Notes: generated from the sequence alone by a model not told the origin. DNA of 64,000 bases from Octopus sinensis (GCF_006345805.1 NC_043000.1:151962001-152026000); one strand, 5' to 3'; shown: positions 13,415-25,211, counted from the stretch's first letter. Numbers and translations are program-made.

Positions 13415-13892
13415 AGATGAAACGTGATAGCTTTTTGAAACAAGAATGGATTCAAAATCGAACCTCAACCTTAACATCTGATAAATCTCCTAAAAGTGTG
13501 AAAGGGAAAAGAAGTGCCCTTCAAGATTGCTGGAGTATGAATCAGGCTGAAGGTTTCAAGAGAAAATACGATGGGTTACCTTTTATCAACAAGAACCTCG
13601 GTTCTAATCGCTGCGCCAGATTTGAGTTCATGCTTCAGCGAAATGCAGAATTTCAATGCTGAAGCATTGCGAACGAATACAGTTGTCCATCAAGTATTTC
13701 TTAAAAAGAAAAGCAGAGTATATGGGTGAGGTCTTTGTATCCGTATATATATTGGTCCAGTGGTACCAGGCTTAAGGTTAAGTACTGAGCTCGACGTAAC
13801 CAACAAAACCGTTTTTGCCGGAAAGAATGAAAGAATATATTTATTCATATAAAAATATATATCTTTATATATTATTTAATATTATAAATTCG

Positions 13893-14740
<848 letters not shown>

Positions 14741-15043
14741 AACTTTCTTTTATTAGCCACACAGGGCTGAATACAGAGGGGACAAATACAAATGCAGAGC
14801 TTTTCTTTTCGAGGGTGGAAAAAATAAAAAATGTAAGATTGCGATCAAAAGGGATCGAGAGGAGGAAAAAAAAGGAAAAAAAAGAAAATCGTGTATCACA
14901 GAAATAATGGTGTAAACATTGATATAACAAGATTGGGTTCATCCGTGGGAAGAAAAGCCTACAGAAAAGACCACGGGAACCCCAGTCAGGGAGGAAATAA
15001 ACACATGAGGTCAAAAATGCTCTCTTTTTTTCTTTTTTACGAT

Positions 15044-18000
15044 CTACAGGATCATGCTCAAAATGGTTTCGTTACTAGCACGCACCATCTTTGCAACATT
15101 CACCCATCTTTTTTTGAATCTTTCGCGAGACAAAACTTCCCTCTCCATTCTCACCTTCCTTTTCAAGTGGTACTTGAAAAAGTTGATGAGCGATTGGCCA
15201 GAGAGGTAAGTGTTTGTCTCTAATCCTTTCGCTCGAGTCCACCACACACATTCTTTCACCATGGCCACCAGTACGATGAAAACTGCCTTGCCTTCCCGGT
15301 TGAGGGAAGGGGGCGGAGCAATTTTCACGATAGACTCGGCCGATGGGCGGATTCGTCCCACACGTGACAGCAGCCGTTCGGCATAAGCCCACAGGTCGGA
15401 AATGGTTGGACATTGCACGAGTGCGTGCAGAACGGTTTCGTCGCTCTGACCGCATCTCGGGCAAGTCGGTCCAGTGTGTCTGGAACCGTGTCTGTAGAGC
15501 TTATCCCGAACAGGTAATGCTTCTCGATAGCACTGCCAGGCCAGGGATCTTTGGTGATTGTTCATAGGTCCCGGCCCGAAAGTTGTCCTGAACAGGCGGG
15601 TCAGGTGTTCCTCGTCGACGCCCAGACTCTGCCCGAGTTCGTCGTCGCACCTCCCCTCCACTAATCCTCTATAGAATGCCTTTGTTGTGATGGAGTCGCA
15701 CAAGTTCGATCCCGGACGGCAGAGTTGCTTGAGAGCAACGCGACACTCACGGTGCCATTCGCCTAGCCTCGGTCTCTGCTTGATCCATGACTGTAGTTCG
15801 TCCAAGGAGACGAGCTGCGGGAAAGCGCGCCGCACAAAAGGCGACCACCCCTGTTCACCGTTGTCTATGAAGCGCCGGAGATGTCGCAGTCTCAGCGCAT
15901 GTCTGCGCATCATCAACCACGGCATGCCCAGCCCTCCATTTAGCGGGTGTTGGCAGCAAATGGATCGCCTAACCATCGGAACGTTTCCCTTCCACAAGAA
16001 GCGGAAGAGTATGCGTTCCAGTTTGGTGATGGTAGGGTCGGGACAAGGCACGACGGTCAGACGGTACTCGATGACGGATGCGATGTACGCGTTCGCCACC
16101 TCCGCCCGACCTTTTAGGGATAGCTTTCTCTCAGTCCATTTCTGGGTGAGAGTAGCCACCCTAGTCGTTATCTCGCCCCAGTTCTTCTCCATTTGGAGGT
16201 CCGGACCGAACCAGACCCCGAGCAATTTAACCGGTCCGTCCGTCCAGCGTCCCACGATGGAGACGCTGTTGGACGGCATGGGCTTGCTTCTCCAGGTGCC
16301 GAGCCGCAAGCCCACTGACTTTTCCCGGTTAATTTTTGCTCCCGTTACCGCTTCGTATTCTTTCAGTGTCTCGCCGACCAGCTCGATGTGCTCGTAGCTC
16401 GACACTATGACGGTGACGTCATCCGCGTATGCAGACACGCTCCTCCCGCATCCCAGCTCTCGTGGGATGCCCCTCAGCGTCGCCAGTTTCCGCAGTAGTG
16501 GCTCAAGAGTCAGTACATACAGCAGCGATGAGAGGGGGCATCCCTGACGAACCGAACGCATGATGTTAAAAGGTCTGGATAGATGACCATTTACGCGAAC
16601 TACTGAGCGGATGCCGCTGTATAAGGCAGCGATCCAACCGCGGAAAACTGGACCGAAACCAGCCGCTTTGAGGACAGCCTCCAAGTAGTGATGGTCTACC
16701 CTATCGAAGGCTTTTGATTGATCCAAATTGATCAGCGCCCCACCCATGCCAGGATTTTTAACTACCCTGTCTATGATGTAGCGCATCAGATGGAGGTTGT
16801 CATGAATACTTCTACCCGGCACGGCGCATGTTTGCGCCTTGTCGATTAGTTTCTTGATGACAAGCGCCAACCTCTCGGCTAACACCTTGGCCAAAATTTT
16901 CAAATCTGCGTTGAGCAGAGTGATGGGCCTGAAATTATCTATGACGTCCCCCTTGTTTGGGTCTTTCTTGATCAGTGCCACTGCTCCTCGCTTTACAAAA
17001 GCAGGAATACTCCCGTTCTGCTGCCAGTTGCAGTAGACAGCTGCCAAGACGCCTCCAAACAAGTCTGGCATATGAAAATAAAATTCGTAGGGCAGACCAT
17101 CCAAGCCTGGTGACTTGTCTCTCGCGCAGCCTACCATCGCATCCTGTACGTCCGCAGCTGTGATAGGCTTTTCACAAGACTCCACCTCCCTTGCTGAGAG
17201 TCGTGGCAAGGCATGCAGGTAGGCACTAAAGTCCACTCTGCTTTCTGACTCACCACTTGTCCCAAACAGTTGGGTGAAGTGTTGTTGAAAAACCCCACAC
17301 ATCCTTTTAGGCTCGAGCAATTCGCGCCCCTGTTCATCTATAAGAGACTTGATGGTGGCTCTGTTGCCTCGTTGCGTCTCCACCACTCGGGCCTCTTGGG
17401 CGGCTCCAACTCCTTCGTTCCTCAGAGCACGCATCCTAGCTCTGACAACGCATCCCTCGTGTTTGGCGTTGAGGTGTTGGTCGAGGGCCAATCTCGCCGC
17501 CAGTACGTTGGACGCGATGCCAGTTCTAAGTGCCTCTTCTAAAACCTTAACTAATTCTCCCTCTACTCTATTTCGGTCTAATGCTAGGGCTCTACTGTAT
17601 CTGACTGATTCTGCTTTAATCGCTTTTTTTAGGGCATACCACCATCTGTTGTTGATGATGGTACCCGTTAAAGCTCTCTTAACTAATGTGCTGATCCGGT
17701 CCCTGTAAACCTGTCGTGCTGTAAAAGACGCGTTCAGTTTCCAGTAACCAGGACCCTGCCTATGTGTCTTATCTAAGTCAAGTGTACAAGTCACAAACTT
17801 GTGATCTGTGTAACTGACTATATGAAATTGTGGACAACCTACACTATTTTTATCTATTGTCCTACAGAATACTCTATCTAAGTATGATCTGGACGACCCG
17901 ATGCGGTTACTCCATGTCCACATTGGCACATTCGGGTGGTCCAGTCGGTACCTGTCAGACAGTTGGAAACGTCTGAGCAGGTCTTTGAGGCATTTGCATC

Positions 18001-18481
18001 CCCTTCTATTGCTATCTCTGCCCACGTAGTCTAGATGCGTGTCCAGGGTGGCATTCCAATCCCCCACTAAAAGTAAAGGACGAGACGTTCCCATGAAAGA
18101 CTCTAGACGTCGAAAGAAATCTGGTCGGCCTGTTAAGGACGGAGCATAAACTGCTATCAGTCGAAAAGCACACTCATTGCTGCCATCGACATCCAAAACG
18201 ACCAGCCTACCCTCCGGGTCTAGGAAATTTGCTCTTACTTTGAGATCCAGACTCTTCCGGATAAGCACCGCGGTGCCACCTCCGCCCATTCTCGGTAGAC
18301 ACGGAGAAAAATAAATGTTGAAATGTGTACCGAAAATGTGCTGGAGTGCCCGCAAGCTGTGGAGTCTGGTCTCACTGATGGCTATGATATTCAGATTTAG
18401 TGACTTGATGTCATTTAACAGGTAGCCTTGTTTCCAAGGCGACCCCAAGCCACGTACATTTATACTACCTATTCTGAGCAT
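15044..18481 (-). CDS. LINE ORF2: APE endonuclease, reverse transcriptase and C-terminal CCHC zinc finger (~1145 aa from first ATG)
   Basis: GSINVRG, ISETR, GDWN, YLDRVF, TDH (APE); FRPITLLNADLKILAK, SKAFDRV, RQGCPLS, YADD (RT); CPRCGQSDETVLHALVQC. The ORF track starts at a TTG (18499); the first ATG is at 18481. Confidence 0.97.
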   Translation of the reverse strand: MLRIGSINVRGLGSPWKQGYLLNDIKSLNLNIIAISETRLHSLRALQHIFGTHFNIYFSPCLPRMGGGGTAVLIRKSLDLKVRANFLDPEGRLVVLDVDGSNECAFRLIAVYAPSLTGRPDFFRRLESFMGTSRPLLLVGDWNATLDTHLDYVGRDSNRRGCKCLKDLLRRFQLSDRYRLDHPNVPMWTWSNRIGSSRSYLDRVFCRTIDKNSVGCPQFHIVSYTDHKFVTCTLDLDKTHRQGPGYWKLNASFTARQVYRDRISTLVKRALTGTIINNRWWYALKKAIKAESVRYSRALALDRNRVEGELVKVLEEALRTGIASNVLAARLALDQHLNAKHEGCVVRARMRALRNEGVGAAQEARVVETQRGNRATIKSLIDEQGRELLEPKRMCGVFQQHFTQLFGTSGESESRVDFSAYLHALPRLSAREVESCEKPITAADVQDAMVGCARDKSPGLDGLPYEFYFHMPDLFGGVLAAVYCNWQQNGSIPAFVKRGAVALIKKDPNKGDVIDNFRPITLLNADLKILAKVLAERLALVIKKLIDKAQTCAVPGRSIHDNLHLMRYIIDRVVKNPGMGGALINLDQSKAFDRVDHHYLEAVLKAAGFGPVFRGWIAALYSGIRSVVRVNGHLSRPFNIMRSVRQGCPLSSLLYVLTLEPLLRKLATLRGIPRELGCGRSVSAYADDVTVIVSSYEHIELVGETLKEYEAVTGAKINREKSVGLRLGTWRSKPMPSNSVSIVGRWTDGPVKLLGVWFGPDLQMEKNWGEITTRVATLTQKWTERKLSLKGRAEVANAYIASVIEYRLTVVPCPDPTITKLERILFRFLWKGNVPMVRRSICCQHPLNGGLGMPWLMMRRHALRLRHLRRFIDNGEQGWSPFVRRAFPQLVSLDELQSWIKQRPRLGEWHRECRVALKQLCRPGSNLCDSITTKAFYRGLVEGRCDDELGQSLGVDEEHLTRLFRTTFGPGPMNNHQRSLAWQCYREALPVRDKLYRHGSRHTGPTCPRCGQSDETVLHALVQCPTISDLWAYAERLLSRVGRIRPSAESIVKIAPPPSLNREGKAVFIVLVAMVKECVWWTRAKGLETNTYLSGQSLINFFKYHLKRKVRMEREVLSRERFKKRWVNVAKMVRASNETILSMIL

Positions 18482-18523
18482 GTTCCGATAAAAGTGCAAA
18501 AAAGGAAAAGGAGAGAGAAAAGG

Positions 18524-20671
18524 TTACTTGTCTTTCGAAAGTTCTTTGTCTTTCACCTCACGGTCTTCTTCTATGAGGCTTTTGTACAGTTTTTTTGATG
18601 AGTACTTTTGAAATCTCCCTACTGCATCAGGGTAAAGAGATTTCAGGGTGCTGTATGTGTTCTGTGTCACGTGTATTATTTTAATGTGTTGTGGTGGTGT
18701 TGTGTGTGGGTGGTTACTTGTTTTTATGTCGTTTTCAGTAATGTTAGTGTTTGACCTAATGTGTTCCATTAGGTCGTGGTTGTTTGTGTTTATGGCTGTC
18801 AACATTTTTGGGGGGTTTGATGATGGTGTGTTTGTGTTGATGTGTGTGTTTTCTGTGGATGTTTTTGTTTCGGGAGTGGTGTATCTTCCCGCTTTGTTTG
18901 TTATTTTTTCTTTTCTTTTTTTTCCCCTTTTTCTTCTCCCCCCTGTGGCTATTTGCCAATCTTCCGTGTCTTCTTCGTCTAATGACAGATCAGACGAATC
19001 GGAGTCTGGAAGAGGGAAAGTATTGGGGTCTATTGTCGACTGTGTTGGTTTTGTTGTTGGTGTTGGTTGGTGAGCGTTTGGTTGTGGTGTATGCGGTTTT
19101 GGATGTGGGGTTTGGGTATTTTGTGTTTGAGTGATTGTGGGTATTGTTGTGTTGTTTAGGGTGTCAATTTTGTGGGGATTTGGAGTTGTAATTGTTTCTT
19201 CATTTATGCTGGGTGTCTTTTTGGCAGATGTCCTTGGTTTGGGAGTTGGTATATTCTTGGTTGTTGTTGTTGGTGATGCTGCTTCTGTTCTTGGTGCTGC
19301 AGTTGGTGTTGTTGTTTGTTTGGTGAGGTTTGTTCCTGCAAAAAGTGGTGTGGGTAGTAAACCTTGTTTATTTGTTTTTGTTTCCGGCTGCTGTTGTTGT
19401 TGCTGTTGTTTTCTTGCGGCAGATTTGCAGTCTTTTTTGAGATGTTGCTCACTGCCGCATATGTAACAACGTGGTCTTCTGCCATCGACGACCACATATA
19501 ACTTGTGGTCGTCTGATACACATATCTGGGTGGGTATTTTTTTTATATCTTCATGATGTATATGTAGAAGAAATTCTATTTTCTTTCCCACCCAGTTTTT
19601 ATGCTCTGTGACTGTGGTTTCCAAAATAGTATAATTCGCCATTTTTACGCATAAAGCCTTTACAAGCCATAGACTATTGGCTATTTTGGGGACATTGTTT
19701 AGAGTGATCTTAGTCACTTTCTGTCCCCGATAGCTTGGTGTAAGTTGGAGTTCATCTGAGTGAAGAGTTAGCGTTGAGAAATGTCTAGCTAACTCTTCGG
19801 TGTAGAAAACGACTTGTATGTGGGCAAATTTGTTCCACCAGGTTACATATTCTTTGTGATCCCAGATGGGTTTCAAGCACTTCTCTATTTTGCCTGTGTT
19901 GGCCTTCTCTGGGATTTTTGTTTTTTTGTTAACTATTTTATAAATGATTGTTCGTCTTTTTTCATTTTCCAAAATATCTTCTGGTATGTTAATTTTTACG
20001 ATACCTTCTGATTCTGTTATTTTGATGTTCGTGTCCTGTAATTGTTGAGCCGTAAAGTATATTGTTGTTTTTTTTTCTTTAATCGCCTCAGCGAAATTTG
20101 TTGTTGTTTTGTTATTGTTGTTGCTTGTGGTGATGTTGTTGTTGGCTGCAGTTTGTAAAATTGGTGTGTTAGGTTCGATCGTGCAAGTAGGAAGGGGTGG
20201 AAAATTGCCTGCGTACTTTAGTCCTGCACTAGGGCAAAATTCGACATTTCGTTTGCTTGTCGTCGTTATTTTTTCACTTGTTGGTGATGGAGTGAGCAGT
20301 GGTTGAAGGGAATTGTTGTTGTCGTCGTCGTTGTTGTTGTTGTTATTGTCGTTCTTGGTGACGGCGGTGGTGTTGGTAGTATTAGTAGCATTGACAGCAC
20401 GGTCTTTGGTGACGGTGATGGTGATGTTATTGGTGGCGATATCTTTAGTAGGGATAGCAGTTTTAGTAGCAGATTCTGCCATGGTGTTGGTGGTGGTGGT
20501 GGACTCACTGATGGTGTTGACGGTGCTTGGCCTTGCGACCTTTGTTTTGTATTTGTTGCTGTTGGTGGTGGTGGAGTTGTCAGGTTCGGCGTATGCTAAC
20601 AGGGCATCCTGTTTTTCTGTTTCTGCGTCACGCTTCACTTGCAACTTAGCCTCGTGGTGGCCAGTGGCCAT
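18524..20671 (-). CDS. LINE ORF1: gag-like nucleic-acid-binding protein with zinc knuckle (~715 aa from first ATG)
   Basis: CX2CX4HX4C knuckle CYICGSEQHLKKDC; basic patch GGRRKRGKKRKEK; T/N-rich low-complexity arms; first ATG in AAAATGG context at 20671. Confidence 0.9.
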   Translation of the reverse strand: MATGHHEAKLQVKRDAETEKQDALLAYAEPDNSTTTNSNKYKTKVARPSTVNTISESTTTTNTMAESATKTAIPTKDIATNNITITVTKDRAVNATNTTNTTAVTKNDNNNNNNDDDNNNSLQPLLTPSPTSEKITTTSKRNVEFCPSAGLKYAGNFPPLPTCTIEPNTPILQTAANNNITTSNNNNKTTTNFAEAIKEKKTTIYFTAQQLQDTNIKITESEGIVKINIPEDILENEKRRTIIYKIVNKKTKIPEKANTGKIEKCLKPIWDHKEYVTWWNKFAHIQVVFYTEELARHFSTLTLHSDELQLTPSYRGQKVTKITLNNVPKIANSLWLVKALCVKMANYTILETTVTEHKNWVGKKIEFLLHIHHEDIKKIPTQICVSDDHKLYVVVDGRRPRCYICGSEQHLKKDCKSAARKQQQQQQQPETKTNKQGLLPTPLFAGTNLTKQTTTPTAAPRTEAASPTTTTKNIPTPKPRTSAKKTPSINEETITTPNPHKIDTLNNTTIPTITQTQNTQTPHPKPHTPQPNAHQPTPTTKPTQSTIDPNTFPLPDSDSSDLSLDEEDTEDWQIATGGRRKRGKKRKEKITNKAGRYTTPETKTSTENTHINTNTPSSNPPKMLTAINTNNHDLMEHIRSNTNITENDIKTSNHPHTTPPQHIKIIHVTQNTYSTLKSLYPDAVGRFQKYSSKKLYKSLIEEDREVKDKELSKDK

Positions 20672-20893
20672 TTTGGAAATAAAATGGCTAAATGAAACCA
20701 CGAAGGCTATGAGAATTTTTTCTTTTAAGTTTTGCCCACAAGGGGCAAAATTTTGTGTTGATATTTATCAAAGGTTTACAGTGGATGTTGTTGTACAACT
20801 TTTAAGCAAAAAATGTTTGTCAATATACACTTTTAAATAGTCAAAATAAATGATTACCTTCGGAGCCGAAACGACATCACATCCGTCAGTCAG

Positions 20894-21100
<207 letters not shown>

Positions 21101-21419
21101 CTTAGATTTACCCATATTAAAACAGTTTTTAAGTTTGACAGAAATATCAGGTTTCATTAGCATGGATTTATTTGCATATCTGAGAGTAATGATTCAGCAT
21201 TTACTGTAGGTAGCTTTCATTTATATTTTTATTTTGGTAAAGTTAGTCCTTAAATTCAGCCATTCATCTTTGCAGCCGTTCATTTTGCAGTCATTCATCT
21301 TTGAATGACTATGCATACCCGCATACCATTTAAGACAAGTCACGTGGAGTCCATTTTGTCATACTCCGTTTCAGCAAATTTATAGGACAGTTGCATCTCC
21401 CTCACCGCCCTCACTTTCA

Positions 21420-23550
21420 CCTCCAAGTGTAACTTATCCCTAGTTCATTTAACTGCGTCCACCACAACCTCTTTAGAGGAGAAAACCTCTTTCGACAAAA
21501 GAAAAAAAAAAGAAAAGAAATTGCCCCTTTCCTCCGGATGAAGGAAAGCGGTGGGTGATCAGCCTGCCTTTCCTGGCCGAAAGAAATTGGTGGGGTGATC
21601 TTCACGCTGGATTCAACAGGTAAGCCGGTTCCGTCTTGCATGTAACAACAGGTGTACGACAAAACTGTCCTTCTGGATAGTTATAAAAGCAAGAACCCCC
21701 AGGCAAAAATCAGTTAGTCACTTGGTAACAGCTCAGTCGGCTCGTGATAACTCAATGTTAGTGAATGACAATTCGCGTCAGAGACAGCTGCCACCAGTAA
21801 GGGAGCAGAACGCTGGAATCGTGATTACAAGCAAGGCAGCTACTAAAGACAATGGTTAAATGGAGAAATGAAATTTACTGTCAGCAGCTATGAGACCCAA
21901 CAGCTTCACGAAGACCAACAAGGACAAGTCCGCCTGAACAGTAACATATCGGAGTTATTCCCATCAATAACGGCGTGAAGTAGGGCTGTATCCTGGCACC
22001 AACTCTCTTCGGCATCTTCATCAGTATGATGCTCAAGCAGGCCACTGCAGACCTCGACGCTGGAGACGGCGTTTTCATCAAGTACCGTCTGGATGGCAGT
22101 CTTTTCAAGCTCCAGCACCTACAGGCCCACACCAAGATTCTTGAGCAATTGATCCAGGACCTCCCCTTTGCAAATGATGCCGCATTTGTCGTGCACACAG
22201 AAAGAGCTCTGTAGTGCATCACATCCTGCTTTGTAGAGACCGCCCAGCTCTTCGGGCTGGAAGTAAGCTTGAAAAAGACTTACAGCGCACCCACATCACC
22301 ATTGCCAAAACGGAACTGAAGTCGGTACAGCACTTCACTTAACTTGGATGTATCAGCTCATCAAATGCGAGTATCGACAAAGAAATTGACAACAGACTTG
22401 CAAAGGCAAACAAAACATTTGGTAGACTGTACAAGCGCGTGTGGAACAACAAGCATCTTAAGTTCAGCACAAAAGTCAGTGTCTACAGGGCCGTCGCTCT
22501 CACGACGCTTCTATATGGTTCTGAGTCCTGGGTCCCAAATCGCTATCATCTCAAACTCCTTGAACGTTTTCACCAACGCTGTCTCCATACCATCCTCAAC
22601 ATTCACTGCAACGACTACAAAACCAACACTGAGATCCTCAAGTGAGCAAAAGTCACCAGCCAAGAAGCCATTTTACTTAAGAGACGACTGCGTTGAGCAA
22701 TGCACGTCGACAGGATGACAGACCACCGCCTACCTAGGATCACCATATACGTATTTCTTTATTACCCACAAGGGGCTAAACACAGAGAGAACAAACAAGG
22801 ACAGACAAACGGATTAAATCGATTACATCTACCCCAGTGCGTAACTGGTACTTAATTTATCGACCCCGAGAAGATGAAAGGCAAAGTCGACCTCGGCGGA
22901 ATTTGAACTCAGAACGTAACGGCAGACGAAATACCTCTTTCTTTACTACCCACAAGGGGCTAAACACAGAGGGGACAAACAAGGACAGACAAACGGATTA
23001 AGTCGATTATATCTACCCCAGTGCGTAACTGGTACTTAATTTATCGACCCCGAAAGGATGAAATGCAAAGTCGACTTCGGCGGAATTTGAACTCAGAATG
23101 TAGCGGCAGACGAAATACCGCTAAGTATTTCGCCTGGCGTGCTAACGTTTCTGCCAGCTCTTCGGATCATCATATACGGTGAGCACACCACCGGCTACCA
23201 CAACAGGGGGCACCAAGGAAGCGTTACAAGGACTGCCTGAAGTAGTCCCTTAGCATTTGTGACATTGATTATCGTGTGTGGTCCACCCTAACAGTTGACC
23301 CCGTCGCTTGGCGCCATACTGTCAGCGACGTTGTTTCCTCCTTTGAGATCTCTCGTAGTGCCTCTCTTGAAAACAAACGTCAGAGACCAAGAAAAAACAA
23401 TACTGTTGCATCAGCACACCCCGAAGAACCATACGTCTGTCATCACTGCAATCGGATATGTCTATCCCACAGCGGCCTTATCAGCCATGAACGAGCGTGC
23501 AGACGACGTAGACAACAGCCTTCCTAATCTTCGTCAGTGAAGCCAAGCCA
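21420..23550 (+). pseudogene. Internally deleted RTE (BovB-like) LINE, interrupted by a SINE A dimer
   Basis: GVK*GCILAPTLFGIF, FANDAAFVVH, WNNKHLKFSTKVSVYRAVALTTLLYGSESW, CHHCNRICLSHSGLISH; tail TAATCTTCGTCAGTGAAGCCAAGCCATGATGAT. Confidence 0.85.
22752..23163 (-). mobile_element. SINE family A tandem dimer
   Basis: Two body/tail units, one head; 15-bp TSD GGATCA(C/T)CATATACG. Confidence 0.9.
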
Positions 23551-23556
23551 TGATGA

Positions 23557-23716
23557 TATGTATGTATGTGTGTATGTATGTATGTATGTATGTATGTATG
23601 TATGTATGTATGTATGTATGTATGTATGTATGCATGTATGTATGTATGTATGTATGTATGTATGTATGTATGTATGTATGTATGTTTGTATGTATGTATG
23701 TATGTATGTATGTATG

Positions 23717-23745
<29 letters not shown>
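23557..23745. repeat. (TATG)n microsatellite
   Basis: Directly visible. Confidence 0.97.
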
Positions 23746-23747
<2 letters not shown>

Positions 23748-24092
23748 GAGCTGTTGCGCATACCAACACTGTCAAATTCCCAGAATCTGGAAGCTGGACT
23801 AAATTATAATAATTCTAAAGCCCAAAGGAATTAACACAACTCAGACCCATTATCCTTGTATGCACATCCTCAAAAATCCTAGAAAGACGAAGCTGACATC
23901 AGAAACCTACGCACATTCCCCGGCATGGATTTAGACTACAACACTCATCTACCACTGCTCACAAATCTGCCCCAGAAAATACATGGCAGAAAAAATAAAG
24001 AAATAATAAGATTCTGTTCTATATTTAAGAGATGAGGAATTATTTGCATTATTTACATTTGACGGATATTTGTCCTCATCTTATTTGTTGTT

Positions 24093-24138
24093 AACACAAC
24101 GTTTCGGCTGATATACCCTCCAGCCTTCATCAGGTGTC
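24093..24138 (-). ncRNA. Minimal type I hammerhead ribozyme (minus-strand copy)
   Basis: Reverse complement: GACAC-CTGATGA-A-GGCTG gagggtatat CAGCC-GAAAC-GTT-GTGTT. Confidence 0.8.
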
Positions 24139-24467
24139 TTGGGGAAATTTCGAACCTGGGTTCTCATTCCTAAGGTATTTTTGGTTATTCTTGTTGTTGT
24201 TATTATTATTATTATTATCATTATTATTATTATTCAAGTCACTGCCTGGAATCGAACTCGGAATTCTGGGGTTAGTAGCCCGCGCTCTTAACCACTACGC
24301 CATATGCCCTTGGGCATATGGCGTAGTGGTTAAGAGCGCAGGCAAATAACCCCAAGATTCCGAATTCAATTCCAGGCAGTAACCTGAATAATAATAATAA
24401 TAATAATAACAACAACAACAACCAAAAATACCTTAGGAATGAAAACCCAGGTTCGAAATTTCCACAA

Positions 24468-24513
24468 GACACCTGATGAAGGCTGGAGGGTATATCAGCC
24501 GAAACGTTGTGTT
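24468..24513 (+). ncRNA. Minimal type I hammerhead ribozyme (plus-strand copy)
   Basis: Stem I GACAC/GTGTT; core CTGATGA (24473-24479); extra A; stem II GGCTG/CAGCC; GAAA; palindromic stem III ACGT; NUH triplet GTT with predicted cleavage after 24508. Confidence 0.8.
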
Positions 24514-24820
24514 AACAACAAATAAGATGAGGACAAATATCCGTCAATTGTAAATAATGTAATAAGATTCTAGTGAACACTAATATCAACAAAGCTTTCG
24601 ACTCCATTCCCCGCTACCAACTCATAGAAAACATACTAACCATTACTTTAGGAAACAACTCAAAACGCTGGTCAGCAAACGCCCTTAGATTCTGTTAAGC
24701 TGCGAAGCCTATGTAGTACTCTAGGACAAATCGCCCAAAACTCATAGTTTTTTGAATGGAGTACTACAAGGAACCTTTTTCTCATCCACTGTTTTTAATC
24801 TATACGTATACAACCATCCG

Positions 24821-25211
24821 TGGAGGCGCAATGGCCCAGTGGTTAGGGCAGCGGACTCGCGGTCATATGATCGCGGTTTCGATTCCCGGACCGGGCGTTG
24901 TGAGTGTTTATTGAGCGAAAACACCTAAAGCTCCACGAGGCTCCGGCAGGGGATGGTGGTGATCCCTGCTGTGCTCTTTCACCACAACTTTCTCTCACTC
25001 TTACTTCCTGTTTCTGTTGTACCTGTATTTCAAAGGGCCGGCCTTGTCACTCTCTGTGTCACGCTGAATATCCCCGAGAACTACGTTAAGGGTACACGTG
25101 TCTGTGGAGTGCTCAGCCACTTACACGTTAATTTCACGAGCAGGCTGTTCCGTTGATCGTATCAGCTGAGACCCTTTTCGTCGTCGTAACCGACGGAGTG
25201 CTTCCATCCAC
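24821..25211 (+). mobile_element. SINE family C
   Basis: Full copy; TSD ACAACCATCC. Confidence 0.92.

Larger units (their letters stand above)
14741..20893 (-). mobile_element. Full-length Tx1/L1-type non-LTR retrotransposon
   Basis: 5' UTR, ORF1, short spacer, ORF2 and 3' UTR; both ORFs uninterrupted; (GATA)n on both flanks. Confidence 0.93.
24016..24559. mobile_element. Palindromic non-autonomous retroelement with tRNA-like heads and hammerhead ribozymes (Penelope-like inverted pLTR architecture)
   Basis: Inverted arms ~24048-24309 and ~24312-24559; extra ~30-nt extension on the left arm; 12-bp TSD TAATAAGATTCT (24004-24015, 24560-24571). Confidence 0.85.

Noticed and set aside
15075-20840. 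Plus-strand and alternative-frame ORFs over the LINE
   Set aside because: Antisense shadows of ORF1/ORF2 with no recognisable motifs.
21535-21595. Hammerhead-like CGGATGA..stem..GAAA in the RTE 5' region
   Set aside because: Core mismatch, four extra bases before GAAA, no helix I or III. An HDV-like ribozyme here could not be verified by eye.
23524-23809. YIHT/MYVC-repeat ORFs
   Set aside because: Translation of (TATG)n.
24240-24380. tRNA genes here or at any SINE head
   Set aside because: Only box A/B and partial arms; no complete cloverleaf or terminator. No true tRNA, rRNA or CRISPR array was found.
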